Shown here piece after piece: positions 39,578 to 49,604 of a stretch of DNA of 64,000 nt. The position numbers and the translations under genes are program-made. The first letter of the stretch is position 1, and every line of letters starts with the position of its first letter. The DNA is taken from NCBI GenBank assembly GCA_020353515.1, contig CP070695.1, positions 3,193,532 through 3,257,531 of the forward strand. The letters run 5' to 3'. The notes beneath the pieces are model-generated. The model ran no database searches. It was given only the letters and a program-made list of their open reading frames with translations, and had not been told where the DNA came from. The DNA comes from Candidatus Heimdallarchaeota archaeon. GTDB lineage: Archaea; Asgardarchaeota; Heimdallarchaeia; Hodarchaeales; Hodarchaeaceae.

Positions 39578-40492
39578 TTAGTGTTTATATCTCTTAGCCA
39601 TTGCTAAGATGTGATCAACCCTCCAATCTTGGAAATGAAACCCTTCACCCCCAGTGATGGTATCTGTAGATAGAATATCAGAGAATCTTTGCTTAAGCTC
39701 TTCCTCGATATTTCTGATCGTTTTAATGTTTGGAGCAAAGAAGCTTAAGATAACAACAGGTTTTTCAACGACTATCCAACCAACCCAGAAATTTTCAGCA
39801 AAAATTCTTATTATATTCTGAAAGAAATCAATTTTATTGGCCTCTAATTTTAATGTACAAAAAATCGTGAATATTATCAGTTCCTCTGAAGATCCTGGAG
39901 ACAATAATAAGGAAAAGTAAATATGACCTGCATTAGTTAATCGATCAAGCCTTTTCTTCAATGTCCTTGTGGAAATCTGGGTTCGTTCTGAAAGGGTTTG
40001 TAATGGCATTCTACCATTATTTCTTAGTTCAGAAATTATTTTATAATCAGCAGGAGCTATTTTTGGTTTATCTTCAATTGGTCTCGATAGTAACAAGAAA
40101 ATTTCAACCGTATCTACATGGGAGATTGATTTTAACCAGGTCTCCAGATTTACAACTTCTGAACTCGTTTTATAAGTAAAAACCGCGATTATTATGTTAC
40201 CGATTCCTACTCCCACTGTGAAGATGAGTTCATGCTTGCCAATCGTGTCAACAACATCTTGTACACGTTCAATTGTACTAGAAACATTGATTCGTGCTAG
40301 TCCAGATTCTTCCCCTAGGATTCCAAAACTTAGTTCACACGAATAACCCTTAATAACTCCTTCCTTTTCCAAATTATTAATTCGTTTTTTCACTCCACTG
40401 ATACTTAATTTTACCTTTTTCGCTATAGTTGTAATAGGCATTCGGCCATTAGAATTCAATAATTTAATGATTTCAAGATCCTTGGAGTCCAT
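39578..40492 (-). CDS. Tandem (double) Lrp/AsnC-family regulator
   Basis: Two units: DLEIIKLLNSNGRMP and DYKIISELRNNGRMP. Confidence 0.9.
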   Translation of the reverse strand: MDSKDLEIIKLLNSNGRMPITTIAKKVKLSISGVKKRINNLEKEGVIKGYSCELSFGILGEESGLARINVSSTIERVQDVVDTIGKHELIFTVGVGIGNIIIAVFTYKTSSEVVNLETWLKSISHVDTVEIFLLLSRPIEDKPKIAPADYKIISELRNNGRMPLQTLSERTQISTRTLKKRLDRLTNAGHIYFSLLLSPGSSEELIIFTIFCTLKLEANKIDFFQNIIRIFAENFWVGWIVVEKPVVILSFFAPNIKTIRNIEEELKQRFSDILSTDTITGGEGFHFQDWRVDHILAMAKRYKH

Positions 40493-40566
40493 CTAGAACA
40501 GCTTTACGGTTTCATAATAAAAATTTAATTATCTAACTCAGAATCCAAAAGGATGCTTTCACGTTT

Positions 40567-40584
40567 TTGCACTTTAAAGTACAA
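40567..40584. promoter_or_regulatory. Palindrome between the Lrp gene and the divergent operon
   Basis: TTGCACTTT|AAAGTACAA (8/9 arm match). Confidence 0.5.
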
Positions 40585-40699
40585 CTTTATGAAGGTTTTA
40601 ACCGTTCTATATGAGCTTCTTTACACTCTAAGTTATCGAAACGTATTAATTCTTAATCATTTGTGAGGTCAACTGAAAATATTTCGAGAGAGATGAAAT

Positions 40700-40972
40700 A
40701 TGAAACAAAAAAAGGAAACTATTCCCCAGAGAATTGCTTTGGATTTATGTGAAGAAGTTCGAATAAGAAATCAGCAGAAACGCTGGCCTTTCTACATTGG
40801 AAAAATACAATGTCATTTTTGCTGGCGTTTCGGAAAGAAAGCCTATAATGCAGGTAACCCTGGAAATTTATGTGCTTTTGGTTCAGATGACAATCGTGGC
40901 TGCTGGCAGGTGAATAAATTATATGATGAACAGTTTTCTAATGAAGATTTAAGTTCTCTTCTAAAAGAATGA
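40700..40972 (+). CDS. Small Cys-rich protein, possible metal/Fe-S binding
   Basis: LCEEVR...QCHFCWRF...LCAF...NRGCWQVN. Confidence 0.65.
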   Translation: MKQKKETIPQRIALDLCEEVRIRNQQKRWPFYIGKIQCHFCWRFGKKAYNAGNPGNLCAFGSDDNRGCWQVNKLYDEQFSNEDLSSLLKE

Positions 40973-40990
40973 TATAGAAGGTGAAAAAAG

Positions 40991-41692
40991 TTGCCAGCAA
41001 CAACAGGAACGGATGGATATCGGTTTCCTATGCGATTGGAATCCCAGAATTATCAGAAAATTAGACCTAAATTGATAATCAAATGGGGTATAATTTTCAG
41101 TTGTATTCTCCAGATTGTATTTTTTCTTTGTATCTTTTTTTGGGACTATTATGCGGGACAAGCAACAATGGGTTTCGGGATAGAAGGAGAGTCATACATG
41201 GGAATTGGGATGTTTTATATCTATACGATTTCTTTCCTCTTAAGTTTGATAGTACTCTCGGCAATTTACAAAACTGACCAAACCTTTGGTATAGGTGTTT
41301 TTATTTTTATCCCGTATGCAATAATTGGATTTTTTGTTGAATATTACTATGAGATTGATGTGTTAAAAGGTGTATGGGCTGTTATTGGATGGTGTTTGAT
41401 TGGTTTATTGGTTGGATTTTCGGCAGATGTCTCTTTCAAGTTACTAAAAGGTCAAACAAGAATCCGTGAAGAATATATTGCTGGATTAACGGGTATATTT
41501 TTGAATTTGGTTTACTTTATACTGGTTTGTATAGCCATCGAAACTTTCTACATATCAGGGACTGGCCTTTCTGGACCAGGTTCATTTATTGGTGTTACCT
41601 ATTTTGGTTTACCCTGGATGCTGATTCATGGCTTCTTTGGCGGATATCTAGCAGGTGTAATGAAAAATCGCGAACCACGTTATCATTATTAA
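40991..41692 (+). CDS. Gly-rich multi-TM membrane protein
   Basis: About 6 TM helices. TTG start follows GAAGGTG. Confidence 0.7.
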   Translation: MPATTGTDGYRFPMRLESQNYQKIRPKLIIKWGIIFSCILQIVFFLCIFFWDYYAGQATMGFGIEGESYMGIGMFYIYTISFLLSLIVLSAIYKTDQTFGIGVFIFIPYAIIGFFVEYYYEIDVLKGVWAVIGWCLIGLLVGFSADVSFKLLKGQTRIREEYIAGLTGIFLNLVYFILVCIAIETFYISGTGLSGPGSFIGVTYFGLPWMLIHGFFGGYLAGVMKNREPRYHY

Positions 41693-41785
41693 TGTGCTTT
41701 AGAAGAATAGATACTGTTTTAATTGAGAATTAACACTTAAAAGTAAATCAACCACTTCCAACCTATTCTGATTGGAGGATTTTCA

Positions 41786-43153
41786 TTGATCCTAAACGAC
41801 ATTTTAGAGAAGGTTCCGAATTATACTGATTTTTTAACGGTCAAAGAACTGAATGAATCTAGTAAGAAACTAGAGGATGACTTTGAATCGGTTGAATTAA
41901 CCGAGATTGGAAGATCTAGAGAAGGGAGGCCAATTTCATATCTTAAGATAGGAAAAGGGGCAAAAAATGCACTTCTTTTTGCATTCCCACATCCAAATGA
42001 GCCTATCGGAAGCTTAACGATCGAATTTCTTTCCCGATTTCTTGCAGAAAACCCAGAAATAACCAAGGAATTAGGATATACATGGTATTTAATTAAAGCG
42101 ATCGATCCAGACGGAGCAGCTCTCAATGAGGACTGGTTTAAAGGAAAATTTGATCCAGTCAAATATACCAGACATTATTACAGACCTGCGCCACATGAAC
42201 AGATTGAATGGACATTTCCAGTTAAATATAAGAAATTAGAATTCTTAAATCCACCTTCAGAGACTCAAGCCCTCATCCAGTTGATCGATAAAATAAAACC
42301 CACTTTCATGTATAGTCTCCATAATGCGGGTTTCTGTGGGGTTTATTGGTATGTTTCCCACGCTATAGAAGATGTATTCTCACGATTACCACAGCTTGCA
42401 GAACAAGTACAATTACCTATCCATCGTGGTGAGCCTGAAGCTCCTTTTATCAAAAAACTACGTCCTGCAATTTTCCAGATGTTTGGAATCCAGGAAGATT
42501 ATGATTTTTATGAACAAAATGGAGTTGAAAATCCTCAAGATCTAATATTATGTGGTACATCGTCAGATGATTATCTCAAACAGGTAACTGCAGGACAGGG
42601 ATTCACCTTGGTATGTGAGATGCCTTATTTTTATGACAAAGACTTAGGAAATGAAACCCCTTCTGATTATAATCGTAGAGAATTGGTTTTAGAATATTTA
42701 CGATTCTGGCAAGAAGCCCACAGCTTCGTGAAACCGAAATTCGAGTCCATAAGGCAATATTGTGACCCCTCTTCTAGAATTTTCACAGCAGTGGCAGATG
42801 GTGTTGAAAATTTTGACAAACGAATTGCACCTCAAATTCATCATGCAAAAACCTCACCTATGTATGAAGGGGAAGCAACCATTGCCCAAGCTTTTGATTC
42901 AATGGTAGCACGGAAATACTGGGCAGTTTTTCGTCCAGCGATGACCGCAAGACTGTGTAAAAGGGCAATCACAAGCCATCCTGAAGTAAAAACCGAATTA
43001 ACAAACATAAAAGCTGAACTTGATCAGTGGGTTGAACACACGATCAATGATACTCTAAAGGATACTCATTTTGAGGTGATCCCTATTCAGAAACTAGTAA
43101 AAGTTCAGGTAGGATCTGCGTTAATTACCATGCAACATTTAACTAATCGTTAG
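41786..43153 (+). CDS. M14-family zinc carboxypeptidase
   Basis: IGRSREGRPI, PHPNEPIG, IDPDG, YSLHN. Confidence 0.9.
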   Translation: MILNDILEKVPNYTDFLTVKELNESSKKLEDDFESVELTEIGRSREGRPISYLKIGKGAKNALLFAFPHPNEPIGSLTIEFLSRFLAENPEITKELGYTWYLIKAIDPDGAALNEDWFKGKFDPVKYTRHYYRPAPHEQIEWTFPVKYKKLEFLNPPSETQALIQLIDKIKPTFMYSLHNAGFCGVYWYVSHAIEDVFSRLPQLAEQVQLPIHRGEPEAPFIKKLRPAIFQMFGIQEDYDFYEQNGVENPQDLILCGTSSDDYLKQVTAGQGFTLVCEMPYFYDKDLGNETPSDYNRRELVLEYLRFWQEAHSFVKPKFESIRQYCDPSSRIFTAVADGVENFDKRIAPQIHHAKTSPMYEGEATIAQAFDSMVARKYWAVFRPAMTARLCKRAITSHPEVKTELTNIKAELDQWVEHTINDTLKDTHFEVIPIQKLVKVQVGSALITMQHLTNR

Positions 43154-43251
43154 GCTATAGAGCTAATTGAATTAGCTCTAAAATGATACCCAGATTCTCT
43201 TCAGTGTCTAGATAAGCAAACTTAACCATCTCTTGAACTATACCCCTCTCT
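43064..43251 (+). repeat. Copy 1 of a diverged direct repeat: carboxypeptidase 3' end plus VOC-gene 3' remnant
   Basis: Aligns to 45381-45628 except for the intergenic spacer. Confidence 0.95.
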
Positions 43252-43371
43252 TCAACTTAAAAGTGCACTAATTTCATCCCAGTATTTAATGAAGTTAGAT
43301 TTTCACAAAGTTTATTCAAAATCTCACCCCTTCTTTTATCTTTTTACTAAAGTACTAGTTCTTGAAACTTG

Positions 43372-45282
43372 TTATTTGTTCCTTTCCCTATTTTTTTCTG
43401 ATCTCTTAATCAAAATGATTCCAAAACATGCGATGAAAACTATGAAAGAAAATCCAGAAGTGCTAGCTATTGAGGTACTTGTAGTTTTAGAGGTTTGAGT
43501 CATATTCATTGGAGTAGTTGATAGATCCTCTGAAGTAGTAATGGGTACATCAAGTATACCCCAATGCCAGTCTTTAAATCGAAGAAGACTGATGTATTCA
43601 CCTGTAATGTATTCATCCCATTTATAGGGACCAGAACCAATCATTTGCTCATCTGTTGGATTAAAGGTCATGACATCTGTTACGTCTTGCCAAATGTGCC
43701 ATGGTACAATATATGGGAAGTTAGTAACATCACCCCACTCAAAGTAGCCAGTCTTATTAACAAAAAATTCGATAGTATAATTGTTAGGTATCTTAACATT
43801 ATAGATATCATTGAGTTCTTGGGGAGACCATAGACATTGCTTTGCAAGGTCAAAAGAATGCTTAACGTCCAAAGAGGTGATTGGTTGTCCATCATGCCAA
43901 GAAGCATTTTCAGGTAGGTAGAATGTGAATTTCTGGCCGTTTTGGGTGCCAGCAGCAACGTTTTCTATGGTTGTTTCGATGTCCCAATCATAAGCCAAAC
44001 CTGGGATTGGAGCCCATGTATTAGGATCAACATTCCATAACTTCTCATAGATGTATTGAAAGACTGTAAAATCATATTTTGATTGCTGTAAATAACAGTT
44101 TCTAGTGCTAAGATCAGCTGACAAGCAATATTTGAACGTTCCACCATACGGACCCCCTTTAGATTCTATTAAATGGATTTTTGTAGCAAAATATGGATTA
44201 TTACCATCAGAGATGCCCCTGCCATTGAAACTAGCAAAACCCTCAAATTTGTCTGTACGGTAGGCATTAGTGAATACAACGTTGTAGGCGACAATCTGTG
44301 GTTGTTCATAAACCAATAGCTTATTGACTTCGTGGGCATATTTCTTTATGTCTTCAACCGAATTTGAATTCACCATTTTATCAAGGATAGTCTCAATTGT
44401 TGTGTTTCTGAAGCAATAATAGTCCCAATCTTTACCACTGCTATGAAATCGGTTGTAAAGTATTTTTGCTGTATTGACAACAGGAGTACCCTCAGTCCAA
44501 CACCCAACCTGAAATGCATTAAACCAATTACCTGAAACGGGATAGGATGGAACAAGAGTCGCACGCATCCCCATCGATTGAAGACCTTCTGCAGCTATTT
44601 CACAAGTGATGCGGGCAGGGCTATATCCTTCAGAATAGGAAAATTCAATTTCACAATCTTGATCATCTATGTCTACACTCGAATCATAAATCCTGTTATC
44701 GTTGACATCATATTCACGCCAACCATCACTGTCTAAATCGATAAATCCAGCATTCTCAAGAGATAAATTACCAGAAATTGAATCAGCCTCATAAAAATAT
44801 TCTGTCAATTGGCTTTCGATTTCCCATTCCGTTGCAGCAGTCGGAATATAACTATCCATGGGTTGTCCAGCACCTCCAACAGCTTCAATATTAGCCCTAT
44901 ATTTATCCATACCAAAGGCCATTGCTCGACGGTACCCAGTAATATTGGTAGGAAATCGGCCACAATTTGGGGTTATCACGCGATATCGTAAGTCTGGTGT
45001 AAATCTAACTTCAATGTCAGGATCTCTAACAAGGGCTGCTAGGTAATCGTTTGGAACTCGGTCATCATACGCGTCGATATCACCTTTTTGTAGTGCCAAC
45101 ATCGCTTGGGGGACTTCCCCCTCCTTAAAAATCACGAATCTTAATTCATCGATATATGCTCCATAAGGTAGGAAATCAGAAGACCAGCTGGAAGTTTTCA
45201 TATCTGATGGCAAGGTGTAAAGAATATTTGTGAGTGATACGACTAATAGTACGGTTCCAAATAGAAGACTAACCACTTTCAC
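43372..45282 (-). CDS. ABC transporter peptide-binding protein (SBP family 5), C-terminally anchored, orphan
   Basis: ALQKGDID, YRRAMAFGMDK, PGLAYDW, WHDGQPITSLDVKHSF, IGSGPYKW. T-rich linker plus TSGF-TM. Confidence 0.92.
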   Translation of the reverse strand: MKVVSLLFGTVLLVVSLTNILYTLPSDMKTSSWSSDFLPYGAYIDELRFVIFKEGEVPQAMLALQKGDIDAYDDRVPNDYLAALVRDPDIEVRFTPDLRYRVITPNCGRFPTNITGYRRAMAFGMDKYRANIEAVGGAGQPMDSYIPTAATEWEIESQLTEYFYEADSISGNLSLENAGFIDLDSDGWREYDVNDNRIYDSSVDIDDQDCEIEFSYSEGYSPARITCEIAAEGLQSMGMRATLVPSYPVSGNWFNAFQVGCWTEGTPVVNTAKILYNRFHSSGKDWDYYCFRNTTIETILDKMVNSNSVEDIKKYAHEVNKLLVYEQPQIVAYNVVFTNAYRTDKFEGFASFNGRGISDGNNPYFATKIHLIESKGGPYGGTFKYCLSADLSTRNCYLQQSKYDFTVFQYIYEKLWNVDPNTWAPIPGLAYDWDIETTIENVAAGTQNGQKFTFYLPENASWHDGQPITSLDVKHSFDLAKQCLWSPQELNDIYNVKIPNNYTIEFFVNKTGYFEWGDVTNFPYIVPWHIWQDVTDVMTFNPTDEQMIGSGPYKWDEYITGEYISLLRFKDWHWGILDVPITTSEDLSTTPMNMTQTSKTTSTSIASTSGFSFIVFIACFGIILIKRSEKNRERNK

Positions 45283-45380
45283 ACTTTTCAGAAAAAAATC
45301 CTTCCATTTTTCCCATAAAACACAGATAAAAGATCCTAAAATACCTAGGGTTTAATCTTATTAAACATTATATAAGTGCA

Positions 45381-45628
45381 ACTCATTTTGAGGTAATCCC
45401 TATTCAGAAACTTGTAAGAGTTCAGGTTGGATCCGCATTAATTGCTATGCAACATTTAGCAAGCTTGTGATTTAATAATCCCATGAGTAATAGATAATTC
45501 GAGAGTACAAACTACTCCAGAATTTAATCTACTATAAAGCCAATTGAATAAGCTCTAGAATGATACCCAGATTCTCTTCAGTGTCTAGATACGCAAACTT
45601 AACCATCTCTTGAACTATACCCCTCTCT
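45381..45628 (+). repeat. Copy 2 of the diverged direct repeat: carboxypeptidase 3' remnant plus intact VOC 3' end
   Basis: Encodes THFEVIPIQKLVRVQVGSALIAMQHLASL*, then the end of the VOC gene. Confidence 0.95.
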
Positions 45629-45969
45629 AATACTTTAATTCCCTCTTTCTCCAGTCTGGTTAATTCCTCTTCAATATTTTCAACAATAAAACCAATATGA
45701 TGGAGTCCTTCTCCTCTTTCTGTAAGGAACTTGGAATGAATAGTTTCACCTTCGAGAACCTGAATCAACTCAAGTTGTATTTCACCGACTTGAAATAAAC
45801 CAAATTTCAATTTACCAGAATTTACGTCTGATTCGAAAGTTAAGAAAGGGGGACCAAACATTTGCTCATAAAATTTAAAACTAAATTCCATATCCTTTAC
45901 GACAATTCCAATCTGATCAAGTTGGGGAAATTTAGAAAGAAGTGGGATCTTTTCAACATCATCAGCCAT
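45532..45969 (-). CDS. VOC/glyoxalase family, methylmalonyl-CoA epimerase-like
   Basis: DQIGIVVKD, QLELIQ, GEGLHHIGF, ILELIQ. Confidence 0.88.
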   Translation of the reverse strand: MADDVEKIPLLSKFPQLDQIGIVVKDMEFSFKFYEQMFGPPFLTFESDVNSGKLKFGLFQVGEIQLELIQVLEGETIHSKFLTERGEGLHHIGFIVENIEEELTRLEKEGIKVLERGIVQEMVKFAYLDTEENLGIILELIQLAL

Positions 45970-46026
45970 GATTTAACCTCCAAATTCCCCCTGATTTTCA
46001 AGATAAAGAAAAATCTTTCTCTTTCC

Positions 46027-47454
46027 TCAATGATGATGTCTGGTTACTTCTTCTAATAACGCATGATAGTCTCTCGGTCGCATTAATCTTCCAAATGCTC
46101 GTTCTACGACTTCACTGAGAGCAGGATGAATATGCATACCTCGATTGATTGGATAACTGCTCCTTTCTGGTGTATACATGAGAGTTATAATTTCTTGGAT
46201 CAAAACACTTGCCTGTGGGCCTATAATATGTGCTCCTAATATTTTTCGCTCCTTGTCAAGGATAACTTTCACAAAATAAGCTTTAACATCCATAGCCATC
46301 CCCTTAGCTGTATCCTCATACTTTTGATAACCGATAATGATGTTGTCTTCTCCGTACTCAACAATGGCTTCTTTTTCACGTAATCCTACCCTAGCAATTT
46401 CTGGATACGTAAACACAGCACTGGGTATTGCATGATAATCAACCTTTACTTTGTTCTTTAGTACAGCGTTGTAAAAGACGACCATTGATTCATAATTTCC
46501 CACATGCTTAAAGAGGTGTTTTCCATTGGCATCTCCAAAAACCCAGACATTTGGTTGTGAGGATTCTAAGTATTCATTCACCTTAATCCATCCTTTCTCA
46601 TCAGTTTCTATCCCTGCTTTCTCTGGGTGTAAGATATCATTATTAGAACCTCTTCCTGCCGCAATAAGTACTTCTTCAGCCGTAAATTTTACCAAGTTGC
46701 CATTATCTCGATTTCTAGATGTAATTTCTTTGAGATTGTCTTTAAGATTACTTTCAACAGCTTCATGATTTGTGAAAATTTGCATATACTTTGAAAGCTC
46801 TCTTTTCGCTAGTTCAGAAACTTCAGGTTCTTCTTGAGGAAGAAATTGAGGATTTCTCCCAATTATTGTAACCTTTGATCCCATTGCTGAGAAGAAGTGT
46901 CCATATTCTGCTGCAATATACCCTCCTCCAATGATTATCAAACTTTTAGGAAGTTTTTTAATGTGTAAAATGTTGTCACTAGTATGATAACCAATTTTTT
47001 CGAGCCCCTTAATAGGAGGAATAATGGGTTTTGATCCTGTACAAAGAAAAATGAATTTTGAGGTTATTATTTCCTCTCCAACTTTAAGCTCATAAGGAGC
47101 AGAAAATTCTGCCACGGTAGGGTAATAATCAATATCCTCTGAACGGGAGAGACCTTCCCTGATATTTTCAATATCCTCATCTATTAATGATCGCATACGA
47201 GCCATAATTTCCGTGAAATTAACATCATCAATTTCTAAACTGATACCTAGTTGTTTTGCGTGTTCAATTACTCTAATTAATTCTGCCGGATAGAGTAAAA
47301 TCTTTGTAGGAATACATCCACGGGTTAAACAAATCCCTCCAGGTTCATCTTTATCTATCACTGCAACCTTCATTGATGGATTCTGTTGAAGAATAGGACT
47401 CACTAGATTCATTGCAGATCCCGTTCCTATAACGATCAGGTCATAATTTTTCAT
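46027..47454 (-). CDS. Class I pyridine nucleotide-disulfide oxidoreductase (dihydrolipoamide dehydrogenase/mycothione reductase-like)
   Basis: GGICLTRGCIPTK, GGGYIAAE, HIHPALSE. Confidence 0.9.
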   Translation of the reverse strand: MKNYDLIVIGTGSAMNLVSPILQQNPSMKVAVIDKDEPGGICLTRGCIPTKILLYPAELIRVIEHAKQLGISLEIDDVNFTEIMARMRSLIDEDIENIREGLSRSEDIDYYPTVAEFSAPYELKVGEEIITSKFIFLCTGSKPIIPPIKGLEKIGYHTSDNILHIKKLPKSLIIIGGGYIAAEYGHFFSAMGSKVTIIGRNPQFLPQEEPEVSELAKRELSKYMQIFTNHEAVESNLKDNLKEITSRNRDNGNLVKFTAEEVLIAAGRGSNNDILHPEKAGIETDEKGWIKVNEYLESSQPNVWVFGDANGKHLFKHVGNYESMVVFYNAVLKNKVKVDYHAIPSAVFTYPEIARVGLREKEAIVEYGEDNIIIGYQKYEDTAKGMAMDVKAYFVKVILDKERKILGAHIIGPQASVLIQEIITLMYTPERSSYPINRGMHIHPALSEVVERAFGRLMRPRDYHALLEEVTRHHH

Positions 47455-47572
47455 CCAATCACCTTGGGTCTAGTATAGTTGTTGTTCGGAATTTATTCTT
47501 TAAGAGAGGAGTAAAAAGAGAATCTTATTAAAAATCCGTGTAATTTTTTCGAAAATAATAGAGCTTTGAATA

Positions 47573-48751
47573 TTATTCCCAAACAGGTGTAGTTCCAATT
47601 GATCCACAAAAGGGGCAGGGTACTGGTTTTACCTTAGACCCATCTTTGAACGTTTGTGTTTGAAACACATAAAAGCATTGTCCACAGGCCATCTTTAATG
47701 TAACTTTTTCCCATAGTCCAGAAATTATTTTTGTCTTCTCCCCCCCCTCTAAGATATCAACAGGTTGTGGATAATTAAATACTGTTCCTCTAAGAGCGAA
47801 AACCATTTCAAATTGGTCCTTTATATAGTCCATACTTGCCTCGAGATTCTCGAACAACTCAGGGGCGAGCTTATTGAAAAAATGATAAACTATCATTATA
47901 GAAAACGAAACTGTAGGACTTAACACCAAAAGTACAATCCATAAACCAATATTTGTGATCAAAAGATAAACTGGAAATGGAAATAAATTAAAAATCAGTA
48001 TTAATGGAACTATGATCGTTGATGTCTGTAGAAAGAAAATAGTTGCGTTCAATTCTTGTTCTACTCGTTCTCTTTCTTTTTCTATCCATTGATTTAACGA
48101 CCAAACCACTTCTATTATTCCTACAACGCTAATGACGTAATAAAAATATATTATTATTATATCTGGGTTTATTAAACTAATTAAGACAGAAAAACCATAA
48201 GGAATTAGGCTCAGTACACCTATGACTGTCAATGCTGTTACTTGGCCTATATCAAAGGCCACTCTTTGTAGAAATTTATTTAGACCTAGTTTCTTCCTAT
48301 AAGCTTGAAAACCGATAAAAGCATAAAAAAGACTCACCAAAATTAAATTTATCCAACTAATGTTAATAATGTCATAGATTTCAAAATATATGGGTATGAA
48401 ATTCCCTTTAACGAGAACAGAAAAAAATTCAGCGTAAAAGAGTAATGAACCTTCAAATCCTGAAACTACAATCCATGATTGAAACATCTCAAGAACAAAT
48501 TTAATTTGTGGGGCTCCTGTATAAGAAAACCAAAAAATGCCCCTCCAAATTAGATGACCAGTAATTAGACTACATCCGACTATAAAAGCCATTTCAATAA
48601 AGCTTAGGGCATATGAAACAATAAGATCTCTTTGAGCTGGTGAAAATCCCACCCAAATATCTTCAGATTGAAGCCCTTGGATAGAAAAATAAATGATTAT
48701 ACATAAAAAACAAAAAATCAACCAGAAAAGAGCCAATCTCCTAAGTTTCAT
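47573..48751 (-). CDS. Multi-TM membrane protein with C-terminal zinc ribbon
   Basis: About 8 TM helices. ACGQC...PCPFCG. Confidence 0.75.
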   Translation of the reverse strand: MKLRRLALFWLIFCFLCIIIYFSIQGLQSEDIWVGFSPAQRDLIVSYALSFIEMAFIVGCSLITGHLIWRGIFWFSYTGAPQIKFVLEMFQSWIVVSGFEGSLLFYAEFFSVLVKGNFIPIYFEIYDIINISWINLILVSLFYAFIGFQAYRKKLGLNKFLQRVAFDIGQVTALTVIGVLSLIPYGFSVLISLINPDIIIIYFYYVISVVGIIEVVWSLNQWIEKERERVEQELNATIFFLQTSTIIVPLILIFNLFPFPVYLLITNIGLWIVLLVLSPTVSFSIMIVYHFFNKLAPELFENLEASMDYIKDQFEMVFALRGTVFNYPQPVDILEGGEKTKIISGLWEKVTLKMACGQCFYVFQTQTFKDGSKVKPVPCPFCGSIGTTPVWE

Positions 48752-48790
48752 TTTTTTCCCTCTTAAATTTTATTTCACCTAGTCCTATAT

Positions 48791-49582
48791 CTAATTTACC
48801 CTCCAATATGTTTGATTGATATCGACTTGCTTATGGATTGAAACTCGTTGTAGCGAATCCCTGCTGAATGCTTCCTTAAGTTTCTCTAGTTCTTGAAGAT
48901 CAAATGGTGGAGACCATTCAATTCCCAACTTCTTTCGGTATAGGATGGAGGGAACTCCTATATCAACAAGATATAAATCCCCAATAGTGTCTTTTGGTGC
49001 TTTCAACAATCCTTGCTTAATGAAGGCAATAGTTAATGTTGCTGATGGTTTAATCTTTCCAGAGTCTACTCCTGTTGATACATCAAAGCCTGATGGAGTA
49101 TCAAGTGAAATAACTTCTTTCTGGTTTCTCAAATACGAGAAAACTTGATTTGACAGTTCATTTGACCGATTTCTAAATCCGTAACCAATATAGCAATCAA
49201 AAACGAGGTTTTTGCTATTATTACTTGTAGAAGCTAAGGGAATCCCATCAAATATCGAAGCTCCAATCTTTCGTAGACGCATTAGCTGTTTCATTGGAAC
49301 ATCAAGAAGAGATTCCTCTCCTTTAGGAAGAAAAACCTCAGTTTTCAATCCCCAACAGACAAGACGTCTTGCTGCAACCAATCCTCCACCACCGTTATTT
49401 CCAGAGCCAGCGATTATTTGGATAGTATACCTCTTGTTATTGGTCATATTTACTGCTAAACGGGCAAGATTCAATCCTGCGTGTTCCATCATTAATTCTA
49501 CTGGAATTTGATACTCTTCTATCATCAAACGATCGACTTCTTGCATTTGCTTTTTTGTTATTCCTGGTAACCCAAACTTCAT
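48791..49582 (-). CDS. nnrE: NAD(P)HX epimerase (YjeF N-terminal domain)
   Basis: LMMEHAG, GSGNNGGGGLVAARRL, SLDTPSG, LVDIGVP. Confidence 0.9.
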   Translation of the reverse strand: MKFGLPGITKKQMQEVDRLMIEEYQIPVELMMEHAGLNLARLAVNMTNNKRYTIQIIAGSGNNGGGGLVAARRLVCWGLKTEVFLPKGEESLLDVPMKQLMRLRKIGASIFDGIPLASTSNNSKNLVFDCYIGYGFRNRSNELSNQVFSYLRNQKEVISLDTPSGFDVSTGVDSGKIKPSATLTIAFIKQGLLKAPKDTIGDLYLVDIGVPSILYRKKLGIEWSPPFDLQELEKLKEAFSRDSLQRVSIHKQVDINQTYWRVN

Positions 49583-49604
49583 TCATTCACCTCCTATCTT
49601 CTTA

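Noticed and set aside
43064-45628. Diversity-generating retroelement (TR/VR pair at a gene 3' end)
   Set aside because: Mismatches are not adenine-specific (they include T/C changes) and are mostly synonymous. No reverse transcriptase is present in the window.
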